Shown here one piece after another: positions 54,145 through 62,871 of a stretch of DNA of 64,000 nucleotides (position 1 is the first letter of the stretch; each line of letters starts with the position of its first letter). Both the position numbers and the translations under genes were made by a program. Origin of the DNA: Escherichia phage vB_EcoM-LTH02; sequence record PP430346. The stretch is one strand, 5' to 3'. The notes under the pieces are model-generated. The model was not told the DNA's origin and did no database searches. It saw nothing but the letters and a program-made list of their open reading frames with translations.

Positions 54145-56511
54145 ATGCGCATGGTAAACGACCACGCAGAAGTGATTAAGAGTTCAACTTCTTTAGAGAC
54201 GTCTCAAGCACAGATTACAATGACGCCTGAAATGTTCAGTCTTTTGAGTTCTGGTGTATACACCTTTAAAGAAAGGGCAGTGATTCGTGAACTGTCATGT
54301 AACGCAGTAGATGCTCAGAAAGAAGCTGGAAAAGAGAATATCCCGTTCCATGTGCATTTGCCTACTCGTTTTGAGCCTTACTTTGAAGTTCGTGATTTTG
54401 GAACTGGATTGACTCATGATAAAGTTATGAGTTTGTACCTAAATTACGGGGCTTCTACGAAGAATGACTCTAATGACTACATTGGTGCAATGGGTATCGG
54501 TTCAAAATCTCCATTTGCAATTGCTCAGTCATTCACAGTATCTAGTTATGTTGATGGTGTTGTTAATAAGTACTCTGTTTACCTTGAGAATGGTATCCCT
54601 CAAGTAACTAAGCTGACCACCAACCCAACAAAAGAACCTAATGGTTTAGCTGTACGTGTAGCAGTTGCTGACCATCGTATCTCAAAGTTCTTTGAAGAAG
54701 CTGGTCACGTATACTCATACTTTGCTGTAAAACCGGAAAGTAATATCGAGTATGACGATGTATTAGCAGATATGAATGTCATTGCCCGTGAAGAAGGTGT
54801 TTATGATGCCATGATTCATAAGCATAGCTGGCGTTCAAGCAGCAATAGAACAGAGTTTAACGTGGTTATGGGTAATATTGCCTACCCAGTTAATATGGAG
54901 GCATTACTTGGTGATGATTTCTTCAAAGTCTTGCCAGAATTTTTCCGTAGGAGCGTAGACCTTGTAAACATCTACATGCCTATTGGCTCAGTTGCTATTG
55001 CAGCTTCTCGTGAAGCATTGCAGATGAATGATACGACAAAAAATGTTATCATTGAGGCTACTAAAAAGATAACTGAAGCGATTACAAAGGATGTTATCAA
55101 GAAAGTTAATAGTCAACCTACACTCATGGATGCTGCACAGGCTTATGCTGAGTTACGCTTGAACTCACGAGAGATGTTTAATGCTGTGTGTCCAAAGCTA
55201 GAGTGGGGAGGTGTTAAACTTGATTCTCTGGAAGAAGAATTACTAAACATTCGTCGTGGAATTATCTACGCAGAAGACGGCTCAGTCATTTACGAACGTG
55301 ACGGTAAAGGCAATATTAAGGTTGATAGGAACGGGAACAATATACCTAAAGTAGACTATCTTTATGACCCAGTTGCTTATGTCAAGTTCAACTCTTTAGA
55401 GAGTAAGATTCGTGCAACATCGCTTTCCTACACTCAAGAGGCAAGTATGTTCAATATCTTTGGCGCAATGCGTAAAAGCCAAATTGAACAGTTTTTGTTT
55501 GTTATAAACGACCGTCGCAATAAAAATGGTACTGAGAAGACTGTAGGACGCAATCAGATTCTGCGTGGTGCATGTCGAGACTATGCCAGTGAGTCTAGTC
55601 TGTTTCACAGATACAATGGTATCGTCTTTGTATTCTCGACTGAAAAAGAGTTAGACAACCTAATCAATCTGCACAAACTTGATAAAAGCTTGTTAAAGAT
55701 TGTGAAGATGTCTGATAAGGAACATCATTATCAGCGCAAAGAAGCTGTAAGAGGTGTTGTAAAACTCTGGAAAGCTGTTCCAGCAGAAGGTGTAGCTTCA
55801 TACAAAGAGGTGTCAGAAGACTTAGATACGATTGAAGAGCCTCAGCTTTATATTAAGGCAGTAGGCGACACAGTTGATGGCGAATGTTTTTGCTCATCTC
55901 CAGAAGATGTAGCTAAGTCAGTTGCCAATGTCATTGGAAAGACAGTTTATGTTTTCCGAAAAGCAAATTGGAAAAAGATACCAGAAGACTGGATTGAAGT
56001 AGATGAGAAGCTCTTGAACGATAGCTTAACTGATGTTCACTGGATTAATCATAACAGGTATATGACACGTATCTATATGAATGGTGTCCTAGACCTGACA
56101 AGCAGTTGGATTATTGCCAGAAACTTTACGTTCAATAACAGGAAGATTTCTCGTGGTTATTGTTATTCACGAGATACAAACAAAACTATCTTCTTAGAAG
56201 GTAATGAAGATGCTGTTGAGGCAATGTTTGGTAAAATCCAATACGTTGCTGCACCGTTTGCATACACCTACACTATTAGTAGGTTGCAAACTTTGAAAGA
56301 TTGCCTTGACAATGATACAAAGCTGTACAAGAAAATTAAGAAAGCTGGTGACCGTATGGTCATCAAGGTGACAAACTATCTTTCAAAAAGAAAACAAGAA
56401 AACTTCTTGCTTTCTCATTTAGATTGGAATAAAGTGTCACCTATTGAAGTGAGTAAGTTCTTAGGCTTTGATGTGAAGTGTGTTCCAGAAGGGACTACAA
56501 TTTACGATTAA
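54145..56511 (+). CDS. rIIA: rIIA-like protein (GHKL ATPase fold)
   Basis: Bergerat-fold motifs: N-box ELSCNAVDA, G1 box VRDFGTGL, G2 box GAMGIGSKS; followed directly by an rIIB homolog. Confidence 0.7.
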   Translation: MRMVNDHAEVIKSSTSLETSQAQITMTPEMFSLLSSGVYTFKERAVIRELSCNAVDAQKEAGKENIPFHVHLPTRFEPYFEVRDFGTGLTHDKVMSLYLNYGASTKNDSNDYIGAMGIGSKSPFAIAQSFTVSSYVDGVVNKYSVYLENGIPQVTKLTTNPTKEPNGLAVRVAVADHRISKFFEEAGHVYSYFAVKPESNIEYDDVLADMNVIAREEGVYDAMIHKHSWRSSSNRTEFNVVMGNIAYPVNMEALLGDDFFKVLPEFFRRSVDLVNIYMPIGSVAIAASREALQMNDTTKNVIIEATKKITEAITKDVIKKVNSQPTLMDAAQAYAELRLNSREMFNAVCPKLEWGGVKLDSLEEELLNIRRGIIYAEDGSVIYERDGKGNIKVDRNGNNIPKVDYLYDPVAYVKFNSLESKIRATSLSYTQEASMFNIFGAMRKSQIEQFLFVINDRRNKNGTEKTVGRNQILRGACRDYASESSLFHRYNGIVFVFSTEKELDNLINLHKLDKSLLKIVKMSDKEHHYQRKEAVRGVVKLWKAVPAEGVASYKEVSEDLDTIEEPQLYIKAVGDTVDGECFCSSPEDVAKSVANVIGKTVYVFRKANWKKIPEDWIEVDEKLLNDSLTDVHWINHNRYMTRIYMNGVLDLTSSWIIARNFTFNNRKISRGYCYSRDTNKTIFLEGNEDAVEAMFGKIQYVAAPFAYTYTISRLQTLKDCLDNDTKLYKKIKKAGDRMVIKVTNYLSKRKQENFLLSHLDWNKVSPIEVSKFLGFDVKCVPEGTTIYD

Positions 56512-56516
56512 AGTGT

Positions 56517-56546
56517 TTGACAAGGGGCTTCAAAGCCCCTTAGAAT
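56517..56546 (+). promoter_or_regulatory. Candidate promoter with GC hairpin in the spacer, upstream of rIIB
   Basis: TTGACA (56517-56522), 18-nt spacer AGGGGCTTCAAAGCCCCT, TAGAAT (56541-56546). Confidence 0.4.
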
Positions 56547-56590
56547 AGCTTTACAAAATGATTTATTAACTAACAAGAGAGAGTAATAAG

Positions 56591-57700
56591 ATGACTACTA
56601 AAACTAAAGCACAGATTGACGCAGAAATTTACAAACTGGTTAAAGAAGGCAAGCTGACTAAAACAGCTATTGCACAGAAGTTCAATACTTCAACCCGTTC
56701 AGTTGGTCGTGCTGTAGAGCGTCATGAAGCAACCTTAAAAGGTAAGAAAAAGGCAACTTCTAAGCCAGCTACAAAGACTTTGAAGCAAGTTGCTAAGTCA
56801 GTTAAAAAGAAAGCTGGCAAACCAGTTGAAAAGGTTGTTAAAGACACTGTACAGAAAGTTCCAGTAAATAAACTACACGAAGCTATGCAGAATGGTGACC
56901 GAATTGAGTATATGATTACTGGCGACTCTGTTATCATGACTTTCGGTGCAGATTCTGAAATCGTTGAGTCTACCCATCCGAACTACAAAGAAATTGTAAT
57001 GGCTGTTGTAGGTGGTGAGTACAAGAAAGCTTTCGAACTGATGAACATTCGTAAGTCTATCGAAAACTTCACTCAGGGTGCTATCACAATCAAAGGTGAT
57101 AAGTTGTTCTACGGTGCTGTTGAGATGCGTTCTACTCTGGTTGACCGCATTCTTCACATGATGAAGACTGGTGATAAAGGTTTTGAACGACTTGTAATGT
57201 TCTTCGAAAAACTGATGGAAAACCCATCTAAAGACTCTGTAGAACAACTTTGGGGATTTGTATCTCACCTTGATGTTGAAATTGATGAAGAAGGTTACAT
57301 CATTGGTTGGAAGAAAGTCTCTACTCGTGAAGGTAAGCTTGTTGACTCCCACACCTACAAAGTACCTAATGATTTGGGTAACATTGTAGAAATGCCACGT
57401 TGGATGGTTGATAACAACCGTAACGTGACTTGCTCTCAGGGTCTTCATGTTGGTGCTTGGGATTATGTTCGTTACTTCTCAGGCGATACAATCCTGAAGG
57501 TTCGTGTCCATCCACGAGATGTTGTATCTGTTCCGACTGATTACAACGATATGAAGATGCGTTCATCCCGTTATGAAGTTGCAGCAATCGTTGATAATCA
57601 GCGTAAAGTACTGAAAGCGTGGGATGGTAAGACTGAGGCTTTGCATGTCATCGTTGGCACTGCTGGTGAACTCATCTCCCAACGTAAACGTGAAATCTAA
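56591..57700 (+). CDS. rIIB: rIIB-like protein
   Basis: C-terminal half (LFYGAVEMRSTLVDRIL...HPRDVVSVPTDYNDMKMRSSRYEV) closely parallels T4 rIIB (LFYQNIELRSGLVDRIL...HPRDVVSIPIDYNDAKMRTCQYEV). Confidence 0.75.
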   Translation: MTTKTKAQIDAEIYKLVKEGKLTKTAIAQKFNTSTRSVGRAVERHEATLKGKKKATSKPATKTLKQVAKSVKKKAGKPVEKVVKDTVQKVPVNKLHEAMQNGDRIEYMITGDSVIMTFGADSEIVESTHPNYKEIVMAVVGGEYKKAFELMNIRKSIENFTQGAITIKGDKLFYGAVEMRSTLVDRILHMMKTGDKGFERLVMFFEKLMENPSKDSVEQLWGFVSHLDVEIDEEGYIIGWKKVSTREGKLVDSHTYKVPNDLGNIVEMPRWMVDNNRNVTCSQGLHVGAWDYVRYFSGDTILKVRVHPRDVVSVPTDYNDMKMRSSRYEVAAIVDNQRKVLKAWDGKTEALHVIVGTAGELISQRKREI

Positions 57701-57717
57701 TAAGTAATTTCTTAAAA

Positions 57718-57739
57718 GGCTGCTTCGGCGGCCTTTTTT
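57718..57739 (+). terminator. Rho-independent terminator after rIIB
   Basis: GGCTGC-TTCG-GCGGCC followed by TTTTTT. Confidence 0.6.
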
Positions 57740-57740
57740 A

Positions 57741-57769
57741 TTTGTATTTTGTGCAGAGTGCTGTATAAT
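57741..57769 (+). promoter_or_regulatory. Candidate promoter upstream of gene 57801
   Basis: TTTGTA, 17-nt spacer, perfect TATAAT (57764-57769). Confidence 0.4.
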
Positions 57770-57800
57770 TGTGGTCACGATAAACTAAACAGGAGAACCA

Positions 57801-58349
57801 ATGAAGAAGTTGATTCTAGGTTTGTGCTTAATGTTTACAGCACACTTATCTTATGCAGTTGACTGCCCAGAGCTATCAATTAGCCAAAAAGTAAACATGT
57901 TAAAAGCTTACCAGTATGGTGAGAATAATATGGGTAAAGGTTGGGGTATCACTCTAGCTGCTATAGCCTTACAAGAGTCAGAGTTAGGTCTGAAGGTAGA
58001 GAATAAAAAGACCCATGACTATGGTATTTTCCAGAATCACTTGAAGACTGTTGTAAAGCGTAACAAAATTAGTCCTAATGTGGCTAAAAAGAAACTCTTA
58101 AAAGACTTTGACTATGCTGCAAAGGAAACACACAAAGAGCTTGAGTTTTGGACGAAGGTACATGGTCAACCAAAGTCAAAGAAGACTTTACAAAAAGTTT
58201 TAGCGTCATATAATGCTGGGTATTCTTACAAAATCCCTAAAGCTAAGAAATATTCTCAGGATGTCTATAACAATATGAAAGTCATCGCTCAATGTGAATT
58301 TGCAACAAACATTTCTAAGGTAAATCATGAAAAAATTAAGAAAGTCTGA
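57801..58349 (+). CDS. Secreted lytic transglycosylase-like protein (candidate signal-peptide endolysin)
   Basis: Signal peptide MKKLILGLCLMFTAHLSYA; AIALQESELG...DYGIFQ resembles the catalytic E-S and GLMQ-type motifs of Slt-domain transglycosylases. Confidence 0.45.
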   Translation: MKKLILGLCLMFTAHLSYAVDCPELSISQKVNMLKAYQYGENNMGKGWGITLAAIALQESELGLKVENKKTHDYGIFQNHLKTVVKRNKISPNVAKKKLLKDFDYAAKETHKELEFWTKVHGQPKSKKTLQKVLASYNAGYSYKIPKAKKYSQDVYNNMKVIAQCEFATNISKVNHEKIKKV

Positions 58350-59022
58350 TGAAGTACTGTGTCATGCTTACGACTTGCATCCTCATGAGTTAGGTCTTGA
58401 TTCCTGTGTATGGACTCCAGAACAGTGCAGAGACTTTGAAGATACTGCAAGAGAAGTTGTATGTTCACTTGAAGAGTTCCACACATCAGAACCAATTGTG
58501 AACGTTGTGGACAAAGAGACTGGACAATTTATAGGTGTAAGACGTGACAGTTTAGTCATAGTCAATAAAGACCTTGTAGAAAAAGGTAACCTCATCTTAG
58601 CAGATATTGATGGTGTTCTTACAAATTTTAATCACGAAGATTGCTCAACGGAATTGACTGATGGGTCATTCTCACAGTACACTAATCTTCTTGACTCTGT
58701 AACAGCAAAACCAACGTATGTTTTTAGTATTATTGATGCAATCGCTAATCATGCTGCCATTGGACTCTTGACAGCAAGAGGTGAATCTCAGAGAATACCT
58801 ACTGAGATGTTTTTAAGGCATAACATAGAGCATGACTACATGCTTTTTATGCGTGGTTTTGGAACAAACTCTATAAGTGCAGAAAGTTTGAAAGTGAGGA
58901 TGATTCAGTCTTGCATTCTGCCTTACTTTAATATAGTATGCTTTATAGAAGATACAGAGATGAATGTTCAGAAGGTAAACAGAATCCTTCCACACATTAA
59001 AACCATGTTAGTTAAACATTGA
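58327..59022 (+). CDS. HAD-like hydrolase (putative phosphatase/nucleotidase); start uncertain
   Basis: LILADIDGVLTNF (motif I DxDG), GLLTARGES (motif II-like), FIEDTE (acidic motif IV-like). Confidence 0.3.
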   Translation: MKKLRKSDEVLCHAYDLHPHELGLDSCVWTPEQCRDFEDTAREVVCSLEEFHTSEPIVNVVDKETGQFIGVRRDSLVIVNKDLVEKGNLILADIDGVLTNFNHEDCSTELTDGSFSQYTNLLDSVTAKPTYVFSIIDAIANHAAIGLLTARGESQRIPTEMFLRHNIEHDYMLFMRGFGTNSISAESLKVRMIQSCILPYFNIVCFIEDTEMNVQKVNRILPHIKTMLVKH

Positions 59023-59032
59023 GAGAAAACTT

Positions 59033-59497
59033 ATGAACAATATCATTACGGTAGCACTGGACGATACGACAAACAAATCTGTAGTAGTTCGTAAATTGAT
59101 TCAAGGTAACTTTGAAGGTAAAATTTTTCGTGCTGTTAATGTAAAAGCTGATGGCAGCATTCGTGAATATCGTGCATTGTTGAATGTTAAAAAGCACGTA
59201 AAAGGTGCTGGTTCAACGACTGCACACAAAGAAAACCTGATGACTATTTATGATATGGGTAAGGCTTCAGAGTTAGGTGCTGAAGGTATCGTTAAAGAAG
59301 GTGCTCCGTATCGCTCTTTCAATCTGGAAACTACTCTTATGCTTTCCTTTACAAGTGGTTCTAAAACAATCACTTATCTCTTTACTGATGCTGCAACGGT
59401 ATCTGCTATTAAGGATGGCACTGTCAAAGCTGGCGTAGTTGCTGCTGCAAAAGCTTCTTCGATGGCTGCGAATATCCTTGCTAAAGTCCTCAGTTAA
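59033..59497 (+). CDS. Hypothetical protein
   Basis: 154-aa ORF followed by strong terminator. Confidence 0.35.
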   Translation: MNNIITVALDDTTNKSVVVRKLIQGNFEGKIFRAVNVKADGSIREYRALLNVKKHVKGAGSTTAHKENLMTIYDMGKASELGAEGIVKEGAPYRSFNLETTLMLSFTSGSKTITYLFTDAATVSAIKDGTVKAGVVAAAKASSMAANILAKVLS

Positions 59498-59509
59498 GGT
59501 TAAGATACA

Positions 59510-59530
59510 GGCTCCTTCGGGAGCCTTTTT
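59510..59530 (+). terminator. Rho-independent terminator
   Basis: GGCTCC-TTCG-GGAGCC followed by TTTTT. Confidence 0.6.
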
Positions 59531-59549
59531 CATTTCAGGAGATTGTTAA

Positions 59550-59897
59550 ATGACATTTAAAGAGTTCTGCCAAGCTACTTTCATAATTGTTTTCTTAGTT
59601 GGGGCAGGTGTCTGGGGAGGATACTCTTACAGAGACTACCAAGTTGCTGAAGCTGAGTTAAGCAATGAGAAACTAATAAGTGTTGCTAAAGATGCTTATC
59701 AGGAAGGTTTAGCCACACTCAGCACCAATTACAAAAATGATTTGAAAGATGTGCTTGCTAAGAATAAGCACACAAAAGAGGTACTAACATATGAAAAAAC
59801 TAAGCCAGAGTTTTATAATGTTTGTGTTACTGATAATTATGTCAGGGTGTTCAACGAACAAAGTGAACAGTACATTCAAAAACTCCCAAGTAAGTGA
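59550..59897 (+). CDS. Inner-membrane spanin-like protein (i-spanin candidate)
   Basis: N-terminal TM helix (ATFIIVFLVGAGVWGGY) then charged helical periplasmic domain; 3' end overlapped by an out-of-frame lipoprotein ORF. Confidence 0.45.
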   Translation: MTFKEFCQATFIIVFLVGAGVWGGYSYRDYQVAEAELSNEKLISVAKDAYQEGLATLSTNYKNDLKDVLAKNKHTKEVLTYEKTKPEFYNVCVTDNYVRVFNEQSEQYIQKLPSK

Positions 59898-60060
59898 GAG
59901 TGATAAGTACACTCAAGAAGAGTCAAGATTCACTATCAAAGGTAATACCGGCAGTGATGTGGCAGCAGCCCTTGAGTTTTATCGTGATGGTTTTTACCAG
60001 TGCACAATAAAAGCTAATAACCTTATTGATATGATTTTATTAGGGAACAAACAGCAATGA
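59791..60060 (+). CDS. Outer-membrane lipoprotein spanin-like protein (o-spanin candidate)
   Basis: Lipoprotein signal with lipobox (MFVLLIIMSGC); starts inside the previous ORF in another frame and extends past it. Confidence 0.45.
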   Translation: MKKLSQSFIMFVLLIIMSGCSTNKVNSTFKNSQVSESDKYTQEESRFTIKGNTGSDVAAALEFYRDGFYQCTIKANNLIDMILLGNKQQ

Positions 60061-60326
60061 CAGAGAATGAAGACACTTTCTATGTAGAAGGGTACTTACT
60101 GCTACCACGACCAAAAGAAACTTATATGCGGATTGATTTCTCACCAACCATTATGGATAATGTGATGTGTCATATTTTTATGCAAGGTATCACAGCACAA
60201 CTAAAGCATGTTGGTAAAGAGTGCAAAATAAAGGTTGACACTCATCCAGAAATCAAAGAGAATCACTACACATGGTTCTTACCAGACTCTAAAGAAATCT
60301 TAGCAGTTCTTAAAACGAGGAAATGA
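60057..60326 (+). CDS. Hypothetical protein
   Basis: 89-aa coupled ORF (ATGA overlap). Confidence 0.3.
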   Translation: MTENEDTFYVEGYLLLPRPKETYMRIDFSPTIMDNVMCHIFMQGITAQLKHVGKECKIKVDTHPEIKENHYTWFLPDSKEILAVLKTRK

Positions 60327-60637
60327 TTATGCAATTCCAGCCAACAAATCGTGGATTTTCTTATGCAGAATTTAAAGATGCTAAAGGGGAAATTTGTACT
60401 TTACAAGAGAGTTCATCATATGAACCATGTATCTGGTTAGGTGCTAAAGAGGTCTCTGTTCAGTACCTAGATGGTGGCTGGAAAACACTTGATATCCCAG
60501 CATTAGTAGGTAAAGATTTTGTAGGTAACCAAAGAATGAAACTCAATCAAGAACAGGTAAAAGAACTGTTGCCGTACCTTCAATACTTTGCTGAAAATGG
60601 TGAATTACCAACAGAGGAACTTACAAATGCAGATTAA
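60323..60637 (+). CDS. Hypothetical protein
   Basis: 104-aa coupled ORF. Confidence 0.3.
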   Translation: MIMQFQPTNRGFSYAEFKDAKGEICTLQESSSYEPCIWLGAKEVSVQYLDGGWKTLDIPALVGKDFVGNQRMKLNQEQVKELLPYLQYFAENGELPTEELTNAD

Positions 60638-60953
60638 TGGAAGAGACTTTGTAGCCGTTTACTATGAGAAAGGTAAAGAAGTTGGCGTAGCACAATTGTC
60701 TTATGGCAATGGTAAGTGGTTATATGGAACAATCGCAGTAGTCGGGACAAGAAGTGATACAAAAACTTTTAAAGATTGTGTTGACCTTCTTGAAGAATCC
60801 ATCCACAATCATTGGTGTCTGATATGGATGACCGCCGACGAAGTGAAGGAGCGTTTCAAAAAGATTGGTATCAACATTGACAGTGTTGAGCATGTTGATT
60901 TATATGAGCTAACTGAGAAGGTAAATTATGAAAGTAATACTAGCCAGAGATAA
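60627..60953 (+). CDS. Hypothetical protein (ATG at 60627 preferred over 60588)
   Basis: In-frame ATG overlapping the previous stop. Confidence 0.3.
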   Translation: MQINGRDFVAVYYEKGKEVGVAQLSYGNGKWLYGTIAVVGTRSDTKTFKDCVDLLEESIHNHWCLIWMTADEVKERFKKIGINIDSVEHVDLYELTEKVNYESNTSQR

Positions 60954-61161
60954 AAAGACTCGTAAGATTGTAAGTTCAGCAGTATTCAAAGGGAGACATA
61001 AAGTCGTCCCGTTTGCAGGAGAAGACGTGTTAACTTACAAGAAGGTGATGAAACGTGAGTGCAGTAACAATTTCCGTGACTTCTTCTCTGAACCATTAGA
61101 AGATTTTAAAAGTCGTTGTGGTAAAGGCATCATCATTCAAGAGGCAATTATTCATGGCTGA
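60928..61161 (+). CDS. Hypothetical protein
   Basis: 77-aa ORF. Confidence 0.3.
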   Translation: MKVILARDKKTRKIVSSAVFKGRHKVVPFAGEDVLTYKKVMKRECSNNFRDFFSEPLEDFKSRCGKGIIIQEAIIHG

Positions 61162-61354
61162 CTTCTGCAAAGATTGTGCTATCGAAATGTTCGGACGTGA
61201 TACAGGTGACTTAAAAGGTCTTATCACTGAAGATGACTTTAAAGCTGGCTATGCAATGCCAGTAATCTGTGAAGGTTGTGGATGTATCTGGGTAGACCAT
61301 GAAGGGCAACGTGTAAAACCTTCAGAAGACAAAGAATCTTGGGAGAGATGTTAA
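61154..61354 (+). CDS. Small zinc-ribbon protein (ATG at 61154 preferred over 61118)
   Basis: CKDC...CEGCGC cysteine pairs; ATG overlaps the previous stop. Confidence 0.3.
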   Translation: MADFCKDCAIEMFGRDTGDLKGLITEDDFKAGYAMPVICEGCGCIWVDHEGQRVKPSEDKESWERC

Positions 61355-62140
61355 ATGGGTATTGTAAAAATTATCAATGGTGATATCTTTGACGCATTTG
61401 ATAAAGGTAAGTTTGACATTATTGGTCATGGTTGCAACTGTATGAATTTCATGGGTGCAGGTATTGCAGCAACTATTTCTAAGCGTTATCCAAAAGTGTA
61501 TGATACTGATACAGAAGTTTACCTGTTTGCAGGTGGCATTCGTCACAAACCCTGTGAAAATTTACTAGGTAATTTCTCTGTAGCACGTTTAAAACAAGGT
61601 CGTATAGCTAACCTTTACACCCAACTTCATACTGGTAAAGATGCCCGATACAGTGCTTTAGAGTCATCTTTGAAGCAGCTTAACAGATACTGTGAAGTTA
61701 ATCAGTTGAAGAAAGTTGGCTTACCTATGATTGGTGCAGGTATTGGTGGGTTGGACCCTCAAGCCGTCACAGTTATCATCAATCAGGTTATGAAGAGTGT
61801 AGATGTCTATCTATATGTCTATGAAGGAGAAATGTACCACAAGTTACGCTCAGGTTGGAAGAACTACTGTGAACCAGAATACTTTGCAGGTGTAGTTGTG
61901 TTCACAGATGATACAGTTACCCTCTTCAGACGAAGAAAAGGTAAGATACATCAAAGTAACCCTCCGGTTGAGAAGATGTCTCTGAGTAACGCTCTAGTTA
62001 CCCACCTGTCGAAGAGCAATCACAGGATAGCCGTAACATTTGGCAGTGATGCAGATACATATATCTATGCAAGAACTGATGAGGATATCGAGACGGTCTT
62101 CTCTTCACCGGAAGTTACCTTCTTAGACGCAAAGAACTAA
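61355..62140 (+). CDS. Macro-domain protein (ADP-ribose binding/hydrolase fold)
   Basis: GDIFDAFDKGKFDIIGHGCNCMNFMGAGIAATI parallels the macro GDIT...IVNAAN...GGGVxGAI segment; LPMIGAGIGGLDP parallels the AFPAISTGIYGYP ribose-binding loop. Confidence 0.5.
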   Translation: MGIVKIINGDIFDAFDKGKFDIIGHGCNCMNFMGAGIAATISKRYPKVYDTDTEVYLFAGGIRHKPCENLLGNFSVARLKQGRIANLYTQLHTGKDARYSALESSLKQLNRYCEVNQLKKVGLPMIGAGIGGLDPQAVTVIINQVMKSVDVYLYVYEGEMYHKLRSGWKNYCEPEYFAGVVVFTDDTVTLFRRRKGKIHQSNPPVEKMSLSNALVTHLSKSNHRIAVTFGSDADTYIYARTDEDIETVFSSPEVTFLDAKN

Positions 62141-62210
62141 GAAACTCTGTATAATATTCACAATAGACCAAGCCTTTCTTATCTGGTAAATTTTTCAGGT
62201 AAGGAGGGCT

Positions 62211-62410
62211 TTTTCATTTCAGGATTGTGCAGGTAGAGTTCTGGACAGAAATCTGTAGAGAAAATTTTGAACTCCAAAGAGAAAATTCATTTTCAAACTG
62301 TGCAGGTAATCTCCAAAGAGCTTTTTCATTTTCAAAACGTGCAGACCCCGCTCAGGTCGGGCAAGAAAAATCATTTTAGAATTGTGCAGGTAGGTGGGTG
62401 CAGGTGGGGA
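62211..62410. repeat. Iteron-like direct repeats (4 clear + 1 degenerate copy, 40-45 bp spacing)
   Basis: TTTTCATTTCAGGATTGTGCAGGTA (62211), ATTCATTTTCAAACTGTGCAGGTA (62285), TTTTCATTTTCAAAACGTGCAGAC (62323), AAATCATTTTAGAATTGTGCAGGTA (62368), degenerate copy near 62250; followed by GTGGGTGCAGGTGGGG. Confidence 0.6.
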
Positions 62411-62569
62411 TGTCGCCATTTCTCACAAGGCTACCACATCTGAAAAGAAAAGTCAACAGAAAAATTTGTAGCGGGTTGAAAAATAATTCTTGATTGTAGT
62501 TCTGTTTTGTGGTAGTCGCGTGCGCCCGTTTCATTACAGTTTTTTGCAAAAATATTTTTAAAATTCCTA

Positions 62570-62598
62570 TTGACTCTCTGACTATGGTTATTTAGTAT
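62570..62598 (+). promoter_or_regulatory. Candidate sigma70-like promoter for the 3' small-gene array
   Basis: TTGACT (62570-62575), 17-nt spacer, TAGTAT (62593-62598); 5'-UTR hairpin GGGGAGGGAATGAACTTCCCC at 62609-62629. Confidence 0.45.
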
Positions 62599-62664
62599 TT
62601 GCATCAACGGGGAGGGAATGAACTTCCCCACTAAACAAAATCCTTAAACTAGGAGATTCAAAAA

Positions 62665-62871
62665 ATGATTTACAGCCGTGAATTGATGGTCACAACTAAC
62701 GTTAACACAAAGGTAAAACGTTTTTATATGCAAGTATGCGGCGCATGGCGTAGAATATCAGAATCTGACTATTGCAACTATGTAGAAACGGCTATTAATT
62801 CTAATTGCTATCTTACAAGAAACACTAAGAAATTTACAAGGCAGACAGCGATTTACTACTACGACAAATAA
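62665..62871 (+). CDS. Small protein 1 of 3' array
   Basis: 68-aa ORF with GGAGA RBS; stop codon forms the start of the downstream palindrome. Confidence 0.4.
   Translation: MIYSRELMVTTNVNTKVKRFYMQVCGAWRRISESDYCNYVETAINSNCYLTRNTKKFTRQTAIYYYDK

Noticed and set aside
62211-62410. Possible CRISPR array (regularly spaced repeats)
   Set aside because: Repeat copies are degenerate, spacing varies (40-73 bp), the repeats are AT-rich without the typical 28-37 bp conserved repeat/unique spacer alternation, and no cas genes are present.
62219-62631. Minus-strand ORFs 62219-62419 and 62431-62631
   Set aside because: They span the iteron-like repeats and promoter region, have no RBS and low-complexity translations; treated as non-coding.
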